From Klebsormidium nitens (Eukaryota > Plantae > Klebsormidiophyceae), in the NCBI GenBank assembly GCA_000708835.1, contig DF237193.1, positions 60,434 through 124,433 of the forward strand: a DNA stretch of 64,000 nucleotides, written 5' to 3'. The notes below the pieces were generated by a model that saw nothing but the letters and a program-made list of their open reading frames with translations, did no database searches and was not told where the DNA came from. How positions within the stretch are numbered: position 1 is the stretch's first letter; each line of letters starts with the position of its first letter. The position numbers and the translations under genes are program-made. Shown piece by piece: positions 25,101 through 34,126 of this stretch.

Positions 25101-28100
25101 TGTGCGATACTCCTGATCACCACTCCTTCCCCAGCTGAATTGGTTCATCCTTTTAAATGTAAGGATCTGCCGAACTGTATTTCAATTGCTTGGAACCTGA
25201 CCGACTTTGTTGATACATCCTCTCTCCAGCGAGTTCAAAGTGACGCGTTCCATCTTTGCGCCGCGCAAGAAGGAGTGCGACGCGCGCTCGTACTTCCACC
25301 ACGCGCGCTTGGAGGACAAGATCTTCGAGGTCGACTGGACGCGCATCGCCAAGAAGACGCGCTTCATGAAGACGCTGGGCTCAGCAGACGACGTCGCGCG
25401 GCTACGCGTCGTGCTGCGGAACAACTTCATGAACATCATGCACGTGAGTCGAGCACTTGTTTCCAGAAATCTTGCATGGTATCGTCCGCCACAAAAGACA
25501 AAAGTAACGATCATCTGTGTTTCAAGTGACAAATTTCTGAAGAAGAGCGCGTGCGCCTTGACAGAGAGAGACGTTGCTGTTGGTTGTTCTTGGCGAAAAA
25601 TCTCATGAATATCGTATACGTGAGTTGAGAATGGATTGCTTCAAAAGCTTTGCAGCCATCAAAAGGAGAGAGAAAAAGACAGTTCAAGAAGGAAATGACG
25701 AGGTCGGGCTACTCTGAAATGTAAACGTCGGTGTTCTAGTCTTGGCGCCCGACAGCCGCACAAACAGCATGCAAGCGAAGCCGATCGTTCAGGAAAGTTT
25801 GCTGCTTCTTAAGCAGCTCTTGGTTGTCAAACAGTTGAACATGGTAGCTCCAGCTTCCATTTGTTAGGTTGCGCGGCAGAGCGCACGCAATTCTTTCTCT
25901 GTTCGTCCGAGAGCTTTGACAGTCTACAAATCGCTTCTCTCACTCAGTATCGACAATGTTTTGAGCTGCAACGGCAACGCTTGCATGTTTATTCCGCTTG
26001 AGACTTTGAAGTGTTTCATTCTTACGCCACACTCCTGCAGATCTTTGACTACTTTGGCACGATGGAAATCAGCGAGCCATACGCTATCCAGCTCAAGGCA
26101 TACGACCTCTGGCTGAAGAGCAGCAAGATCCCGGACGAGACTTCGGCTGCGTGCAAAATGACCGACTGCGAGCGCGTGTTCATATCGTCCAACTACGAGT
26201 ACGATAAGAACACGCTGGAGTCCGAGATCAACGATGACAACTCGCTAACCCGCTTTGAGTTCATAGAGGCGCTCATTCGACTGGCGGTGGCCAAGTACGG
26301 GGACGTTTCGCGGAAATTAAAGTAAGTTGAAAGACTTGGTTTGATCTTTTTTGGTTCCCTAGCATTTGATTGCTGCTTTTCACTGCTGTCCAATTTCACG
26401 CCCTTTTCCTTTCTCTCGGCCTTAACTGCTCGCTCGCACCCTCCACCTTCTACCTTCTCTTTGTAATTGTCCTTCAGGACGAATGGTAATCCGGGCTTCT
26501 TTTGCAATCTTCCTTCCCCAACTCACTCCGCGAGTCTCAAACTATTGTCTTCTCCTATTCCCAATCTCCCTCCTGTTGCGGTCAGCCGTCTGCTTTCAGT
26601 GGAGCGAGTCGATGCCTTTTCCGCGTTCTTCTTGAATCTTCGGTTCTGTCTCTTGCCTCTAACCACTCGCTAATATCTTCTGTCTCTTATCGTTCATCTC
26701 GTATCCCATCTCGTAACCCAGCACTCCCCAAAGATGTTGAAAAACGCTTGCGGCGCAAGGACGTCTTGCTCCTTCATTCTCCTCTAAAAACTATCTCCAT
26801 CTCCATCTCGTTTCTTCGTCTCTCATACCATATTCCCTCCTCTTCGCGTATGCAGCACTCCGGAAGCGGTGGAGCGGTTGCTGCGCGAGCACGTGTTCCC
26901 CAACTCTCCGGTTCCGTTGGACGTCGACCAGAATGCGTTCCGGAAGAACCAGCTTTACCGCCCCGAAATCGATGCTGTCTTCCGGTGAGGCGCCAACTTA
27001 GAACCATTGATATTAGGGCTTAGCTTTTGAGGTTCTAGGGGTCGCGCTGCTTGGTTTAAAGCTTCTAGCGTCATCGTTATACACTCCGAATCCTTATAAT
27101 ATACGCTCGGCTTCAGGTTCTTGGATTTCGAGGTCCTTTAAGTCGGTTTTCTTGAGGTTGTTAACTCTGGATCCATCTCTGAATCTCATGTGGAATAAAG
27201 GGCTCGAATATCAGGTCCTCTTTGATTTCTGAGCGGTCCACCTGCTGCAGTCAGAGTCCAGTCTCTCATCAGCCAGTAGCTTTATTCTAGAGGGTACTCC
27301 TCCCTTCCTTTTCCAATGCCCACTTTCCATTCGATTCGTTCCGCCCCTTCTTCCGCTAACGGGCCGCTAACTCAAGCGATTCTTTGGGTCAGTGTCGGTT
27401 GAAGGCCTAAAGGCGCCTTCAAAGGACCGGGCAATATTCTGATACTTCGCGCGCAATCGGATGAGGCCCGGCAGCCCCCAGACGCTTAGTGTCTCTTCAA
27501 ACGATTTTTTTCTGACACCAGAGGACCTTAAAACCTCGACACGCTCCCTTCCAGCGCGCACGAGCCGCTATTGCGCGCGATCTTCGGGTACTACAAGGGC
27601 ATTCGGACGATGCCCAACAACCCCGGACGCTACATGGAGCTGCCGCACTGGCTGGACCTAGTTTCGGACGTCCGGCTGCTGGACCCCGCGCCCGGCGCGC
27701 CCGAGACCAAGGGCCTCTTCGTCTACAGCAGAATGCTCGTCGCCGATGAACTGCTGGTGAGGAGCCTCATGTCGTTTATATCCTGGCCGGAAATCCTATG
27801 GCTTTTGCTTTTTTCAGACTACCACTTTTGCTGACGTGGCCAAAAAGTCTGGGGCTGAAGGCGGACGAACGCCAGCGCGACATCCTTGCTGTGAAAGTAC
27901 GCAGCTTCTCAACCGGCGATCAGATCCTCACTCACACCGATTAACCTTTTCAGTAGGAAACATGGCCGGCGTACACGTGGCATGACCTGTGATCTGTCGC
28001 TGTATTTGCTCTGAGGTTCGTGCATTCACGGTGCATCTGCTCGAGGTGAAAGCGATTGACGATTTTATGAATGACTCTTTTCTGAAAAATTATCAACACG

Positions 28101-29922
28101 TCATTGCGCCCTCTGGATTCAATTTGAAGAAGTCACTGGTTACTTTTCGCGCGGTCGCATTGAAGAGGAAGTGAAATGGAAGCACTTGGTTCGTCGACAT
28201 AGACCGGTGTGAAGCTCTAATGGGTTCGGATCTCTTCGAAATTGCGTAGAGAACATCTTTTCGAGATTGCGTAAAGAACAGCTCAAGGTATGCAAAACCT
28301 TTGCAGCTACCTTCGCAAGGTGATTCTGAGTTCCTCGTCCTGAATTTCATCCCGATCGATGTAGTGAACAGCAAGAGCCAGTGAACAGTAACGTAGACGG
28401 GTAGGATTAGTTAGGGGTTTAGGGTGGGTACGGGTGCGGAGCGCGGGTGATCCCTTGGGTTAGGGTTTTTAGTAACCCCAAAATGCTTACTCTTCACTGG
28501 GCTTACTGTTCACTACATCGAGAGATATCTGAATTCCTCGAACCCCCCGGTTCCGGCAGGACCACGACCGCGCGGTGTCGTGCACGTTCATCGACTTCCT
28601 GGAGATGCTCGCGCGCATGGCGGCGCTCAAGCGCTTTCCCGGCGACCGCGAACTAGAGCAGCGGGGCTTCGTGGGCGCCCACAAGCTGCACGCCTACCTT
28701 CTTGCCGCTCACGCCCGGACCAGCGCCCGCCATTCGGACGAACACAGGCGGGTGCGGACGTCCGTAGCCTTCGAGCCTCAGCCGTCCGAGGGGGGGGAAA
28801 GGCCTGAGCCGTCCGCTCGAGGGGAGAAGCCACAGCCGTCCGATCGAAGAGAGTCCTCCATCGACGGGGAGCCGCCTCAGCCGTCCGATGGAACGGAGAA
28901 TGCGCCCTCTTTTCACTCGTCCGAAAGGGCCTCTCGGTCGTCCGGAAGACTTTCTTCCGTCCGATTGTCCAAGCCAAGGATAAGCACTATCGAGGGGGGT
29001 CCGGACGCCGCCGAAGAAAGCCCCCCCGGGGAGGTGGCAGGACGGCCGCTGCACGAGAGGCTGACTCAGGTAAGCGCTTCATGGTTCGTTTTTCTTTCGT
29101 CGTTTGCGCTTTCTGTCTTTTCCTTTGTCTATTCTCTGTTTTCTGGGGTCGAGCATTGGCTTCATTTCTCAGACACAAAGTCGACCGTTTGGGCGTCCGG
29201 GAGTCTCGTGCCACCTGTTCAGGCTGGAATCACACGGGCTTGACTCATTTGAGACCCGTCCGTTTTCTGAGAGAGTAGAATCCCACCGTTTTCACCCTCT
29301 CGAAACTGATGGGGACGATATGGGACAACGTGCAGATACGGTGCTTCTATTAATCCTATCCACTCCCGTTGTCGGTTGGTGCAACGGCTTCAATTCTAAC
29401 CACTGAGGATGCCAACGCTTCGAAATTTGACTTGGGTAATTCTATGCAAGTCGGCTTAATCACGTTTGATACAGAAGCGCGGCTAGAGTCTCTTGATGTA
29501 AGTCTCTATACCGCGAGATGAGAGAACTGCCGCCTTGCAACAAGACGATAACGGTTGTTGCAGCAAGCAAGGCGTCTTTACTGCTGATCGCGGAGTATCT
29601 TCGGACCAGGACTGGCAATTTCCCTGAGAAGAGCACATCTGTTTGAGGAATAATGCTTTTTCGGGCCGCTTTGCGCTCGTCATGAAGCCATCTTAGATCC
29701 TTTCACAAAAGCACTCCACGTAGACTGTGCTTCCGAAGCAGCAGCGCAACGTGAGACTATGTTTGGCGCCACGCAAACGGTCCTGTCTTGCACAACTGCG
29801 TGACGTACTGCCTTCTGATCCTGCAGCTCTTGGATCTGATTTTCCACCGGCTGACCAATCTCCACGGTGTGAAGGACGTCGAACATCTACGGAAGAAGCT
29901 CGTGGCTGCAGTAAAGGTATAG
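10178..29922 (+). CDS. Large (~2,100 aa) armadillo-repeat protein with a C-terminal helical FEFIEALIRLA-type domain
   Basis: About 25 phase-consistent exons: 10178-10344, 11002-11244, 11539-11646, 11921-~12065, 12866-13083, 13458-13638, 14434-14598, 14917-15003, 15402-15596, 16250-16381, 16944-17912, 18341-18550, 19064-19269, 19855-20982, 21393-21594, 22214-22308, 22782-22887, 23497-23699, 24663-24764, 25230-25443, 26041-26321, 26856-26984, 27555-27756, 28560-29069, 29827-29922. ARM-like motifs include GGIGHLLRLLRSDSPTVQRAAVGAL, ASCALWCFARNLKNRAKIGRVNGIQAL, ENKERLARLGAIEALTDLAK and VMAALLNLST. Confidence 0.85.
12598..12890 (+). repeat. Degenerate intronic copies of the acceptor junction of exon 12866
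   Basis: The unit tcatgtccc(c)t...ggccRaaac...ttctct occurs near 12600-12660 and 12670-12725, and as the real junction near 12833-12890. Confidence 0.7.
14099..14454 (+). repeat. Two intronic copies of the acceptor junction of exon 14434
   Basis: atgaccgcagaaggtacccattgagtcgagc (14424-14454) matches 14206-14236 at 28/31. A weaker copy lies at 14099-14128. Confidence 0.85.
14751..14780. repeat. Perfect 10-bp tandem repeat (GTCAAGACCA)x3, intronic
   Basis: Read directly. Confidence 0.9.
15537..15848 (+). repeat. Exon 3'-end duplicated twice in the downstream intron
   Basis: 15537-15594 matches 15669-15726 at 57/58. A third copy at 15812-15848 has an internal deletion. Confidence 0.95.
19270..19854 (+). 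other. Probable GC-AG intron
   Basis: The frame NRT-AG|gcacgt ... ccttcag|G-ATG-TAC gives NRTRMYKAEL. The nearby GT at 19274 spliced to this acceptor gives an early stop. Confidence 0.7.
21944..22050. repeat. Intronic degenerate 7-bp minisatellite (TCCGCTG-like)
   Basis: Exact 21-mer tccgctgtccgttgttcgctg at 21944 and 21992, inside a run of variant 7-mers. Confidence 0.8.
23672..23978 (+). repeat. Two intronic copies of the donor junction of exon 23497-23699
   Basis: The real junction cgcgcagtgtgtcag|gtgaga is echoed by cgcgcaatgtgtcag|gtgaga (to 23864) and cgcgcaatgcgtcat|gtaagg (to 23978). Confidence 0.85.
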
Positions 29923-30526
29923 AACCTCATTAATACAAGTGCTTTAGAGCGCATGGGCACGATTTATAAAGTTGCGCCGTATGCAAGATTTGAGAGACAG
30001 TCACTGACAGGAAGTTTGGACGACAGGGGCAAGTATAAGATGTACAATGAACTAGTCTTGGCAAATGCCAAAGGACCATGACATTGACTTGCAACGCTGG
30101 CGCGAGTACTTTGTAAGGTAAGGATTTCTGTAAGCGGAAACACCGCAACGCTTGATTTACATTTGCTGCAGTGCAAGCTTGTGCCCGTGCGGGGTACAGT
30201 TAGGGTCAGCTTACCTATTCCGTGCATACAGGATTGTATCGGAGCCGGGCGTCCAATTGTACGACTTGAGTGTCATCCTGTTTAGCACTGGTCATAAGTT
30301 TGGAGAGAGATTGCACATGACGCGTGCCTAACACTGGGATCATTGGGCGATTCCGATGATTGGGCGGGCATGATGCATTCTGGTCATGCACTGACATGAG
30401 GATCCACCGGACTGATGTAGACGTTCCCCACTCCGGATGATGGTGCTGCCATCGTCGAGCCCGCATGATGCTGTCATGCGCGCGGCGGGTCTCTCTGCCC
30501 CAACTCAGCGCGGGATCGTGAACTAA

Positions 30527-30608
30527 TTTCTATATAATTCTATAATTCTATATAATTCTATATGATTTCTATATGTTTATGTAGAGTTTATATATAATCT
30601 ACATAAAC
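30527..30608. repeat. AT-rich TTCTATATAA-type tandem repeat followed by an 11-bp-stem inverted repeat
   Basis: gtttatgtaga (30575-30585) pairs with tctacataaac (30598-30608). The loop contains the palindrome ttatatataa. Confidence 0.85.
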
Positions 30609-31537
30609 TCTGGCACTCATGAGCCTGTAGGTATGAATAATATAACCCACCATGGCAGCAGGGCCGCAATATGTATATCTTACTGTCAGATCCGATTGCA
30701 GGGCCGCCCCATGTACGTACGGGCTTCTGGCAGCCCGGGCGCGCCACAAGTCCATGGCATGCACATGCATGCTGACCAGTCGATTGAATTCCAAATCAGT
30801 ACGCGCGTCGCGGGCCCGCATACGTATGGTCCGAGTTGTACTGCATGCATGCTAGGTTTCCATGTCCAAATGCTCAATGGTGGCCGCCGGCATGTGCACA
30901 CATGGTATACAACGGACATGGCAACCGATCATCAGACACAAGGCCTGAACGTCTACAATTCTAACTCCGATTTTATTGTCAAGCCTGTTAAGAACGTTTC
31001 AAGCAACGGGTCGAGTTGTTGGCAAAACCATCCGTCGGATCATTGAAAGCACATGGCCTGCATTCAGCGGCTAGGGCGGCAGACAATCAAGGACCTGCCA
31101 AAGCAGATCTCAACATACAACTTCGCCCTATTTAATGGGAAAAGACTGGCTTTCAAGATAGGTATCATCACTGCATCAGAAATATGAACTTCGAAACCCG
31201 AAGCCGACTCAACACATGCAGCAGAGCTATACGGCATGAAAAATCATTGCAGCGGACTGAGTTCTGTAAAGGTAGCTGCATGTCGGAGAACCGTGAAACT
31301 TTTCGGTGCCCTTGAATGAATCTATTGCGATGAATTTGGCTGTCGCTTTCCAACAAACTAGCTAGCACCATCAACCCAAATGGTACCAACCATATACCTT
31401 CCAAGAACCTCGTTCCACCAGCAGCTTCCGTACGTAAACCAACAATCGTCCCGTATAAGCATTCTCCTGAGCAGACTGCTGCTTTTGAAGAACTCGTACA
31501 AGATCTAAACTCACAACTCGTTCCTCAAACCCCGTTT

Positions 31538-33462
31538 TTATTGCGCAGCGGCCACAAGAGGTGAACCAAACTCCGCGACATGTTCCTTGAATGAAGGCAA
31601 AGCCTTCTTGCCTGGACAGCGACCAGGTGAAAGAATTGATGAGAACGGCTCCTTGAAGAAGAGGTAAAGAGCATGTAACTAAAAGATTCAACTGTATGAT
31701 GTCTGAAATGTGCAAGTCTGTAGATATGCTAGCAAAGACAGCGGCTGTCAGTTCCTGACCAGTTCAAAGCAAATATTTGAGCTTGGTGCGCTTAAGGAAC
31801 GAGAGGGCAAAATTTGAATAATAGACAGAGTGCCCTTCCCTGGACTCGGCGAGTCTGAACATAAGCTGGAACCTGCTTGTGGTAGGTCTCAGTTCGAGCA
31901 GGGGACGAACAGCGGGATTTCAGATTGCAGTTCCCAAGAGCGGAAACCAAAAGGAAATTCAAGCTGCTATATGCTCAGCGCCCTTGCAAACAACTGGGCA
32001 GGATGTCACAGAATTACCCATTGCCTCCCCCTCTTCCAGCAAGTCATCGAAACAGAAAAACGGGCGAACATCGGTGGAGAGTCCTTTGCCTCGAGCAGGG
32101 GAGAAACCCCAATATGCTTCACATACGACCCCCTTAAAAGTTTGCCTAGGAGGTAGGAGGAGCGGCGGATTCCTGCAGCCTCACCTCTCCTGTCCAGCAG
32201 CTCTTGCTGCAGGATCTCCTCCGCCATCGTCTTCTTTCCGTTCACTTGCACAACCGCAAACTTCTTTGACTTGCTGACCGGCCGGCACAGCTTGATGGTA
32301 ACCCAGTCCCCTACTTGGCACTGCGGAGGGAAGATAGCGATCAGCGTTAGGTCGACGGGCCTGCTCCCAAGTTTGTCAGGAGTGACAATATGCTATTCCA
32401 ATCAGCTATAGCTGGTTGACCTCACCATGCCATCATGGCGATTGCTTCCCGCTTGGCCACGGGTTAGCACAAGTGGCAGAAGCAATAGTCGGGGAAGGTC
32501 ATAAGGGGTTCGGCAACTGAATAGCGCGACCGATTAACACTGATTGCAGCTGACTGTACAGTTGATGCACCAGGCACCACATTGGAATCAGCGGCAGTAT
32601 GAGCACCAAATGCAAGCTCTCCAATCATCGAAGCATGTCAAGGTAAAAAGCACATAACGTCGCTTCTGACAAAATGCAAGCTGCATCATAGCCCCGGTGG
32701 TCGTCATGCCATCAAGCACGTGGAACCATGTGAGGGCAATGCAATCAAGGGCGGCTGCGCTAAGAATAGACTTGGAGACAAGAAAGCAGACACCTAAAGG
32801 ACTTTGGTACTGCTCAGGTTTGATGAGCCACTTAGCAATGATGACACCACTTCCTCATCTTATCGGGTACAACACCGGTTTTCAACGACTCTATGCAAAT
32901 AGATGACAGCTCCAGAGGACAAAGTGGAAGGCCGAGTTTTGCACGTTCCTACTTTTGCATCACCTTCTCACAGAGGCGCCTCATTTCACGAGATACTTAC
33001 TGTCAAAAAAACATGTTTGGCTCAAAATGCAGCGAGATATGCTTAAGCATACTCGGTTCCCACAACAATGCAACCGTGGGCCTGCCAATGCCTTCACCCC
33101 CAAAGGATAGAGAAAGCGCCCTCCTTCCAGACTACGACCAAGAAAACCATTACCAATGCTGACACGCAACTCACCAAGTTCTCCGGGTCATGCGCGGGGT
33201 ACTTCTTGACCATCCGTAGCCGCTTCTTATACCTAGGGTGCTCAAAGATTCTAGTCACAGCAATGGACGCCGTCTTGTCGCAAACATTCTGGACCACCTT
33301 CCCCTGCAGCTGCTTAGCAACAATCTGGGGGGTCTGCTGGGGCCTGGCCACACAGGGGACGCTGAGGGGCGCCCCAGACAGCTTTGAGCCCGTGAACGAG
33401 CTCGTCGAAAGGTTTAGGGTTTTGGCGAATGCAGAGGACAGCGCCATGCTTGCGGACGCCAT
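31538..33462 (-). CDS. PRPS17: Plastid 30S ribosomal protein S17 (uS17c) with transit peptide
   Basis: Exons 33175-33462, 32185-32320 and probably 31538-31611. Core KQLQGKVVQNVCDKTASIAVTRIFEHPRYKKRLRMVKKYPAHDPENL|CQVGDWVTIKLCRPVSKSKKFAV is typical uS17. The N-terminus is Ser/Ala-rich. The last exon is less certain. Confidence 0.93.
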
Positions 33463-34126
33463 GCTGAAACACACGTAGGCCTCAACCAGAGCGACAGTTT
33501 TCAGAAATGCCTGATTGACTCCCGTGTAATCACAAAAAAGCTGCTACGTGCTGGACCCTCTGCATCCAACGTGCAGGCCCGTCTCCAAACCTCCCTGCGT
33601 GACCCTTGCAACGTCGCCTCCCAAAAGCTTCAAATTTATGCTTGCACAAGAAGCCACACCGAGCTGAGTCTTGACGAGTTGGAAGTTGGAACCTTTCAAA
33701 GCTTTTCCGCAGAGCCTCCAAGTTGAAATGTCCCGTGGCTCTTCTCGTATACGTACTCATAAGGCCTCATGTGGCATTGGGCCTTGGGTACCCTACTATA
33801 AACGCTGTTTAAGTGCGTATGTAATATCCAATACGCTTTTGAAGTATTTTGATGCTTCCAAGCAAAATTCATGCCTTGAGTTGTTTTACGTCCAAATGCA
33901 CTAGGATACTCTCAGAACCTAAGTCGACGTATAAGAATAGACAGCTCACGTATTACAGATCATGCGCCTGCATCTCATGTTAAATCCTGTGAATTGGTTA
34001 GCGTGCCAGGGCCATTTTAGACGCACATATCATCGGAAGGTTGTTGCCAGTTGGACCCACAATGACGCCATGGCCCTGGGGCCAAGTGGGGCAGCAGTTC
34101 CTTGCTGCAGACCATCCTGTTAGCGA
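33463..34126. promoter_or_regulatory. Short head-to-head intergenic region (candidate bidirectional promoter)
   Basis: 664 bp between divergent start codons. It contains a site-II-like TGGGCC at 33778-33783, and a telo-box (AAACCCTAAACC on the - strand) lies at 33411-33422 in PRPS17 exon 1. Confidence 0.45.

Noticed and set aside
30353-30420. Possible box C/D snoRNA (ATGATG...CTGA...ATGAGG...CTGA)
   Set aside because: About 50 nt is too short, and I could not match a guide to rRNA or snRNA. A snoscan/Infernal search would settle it.
31054-31190. Short ORF of about 44 aa (MACIQRLGRQTIKDLPKQ...)
   Set aside because: It lies between convergent 3' ends with no supporting splice partner or homology.
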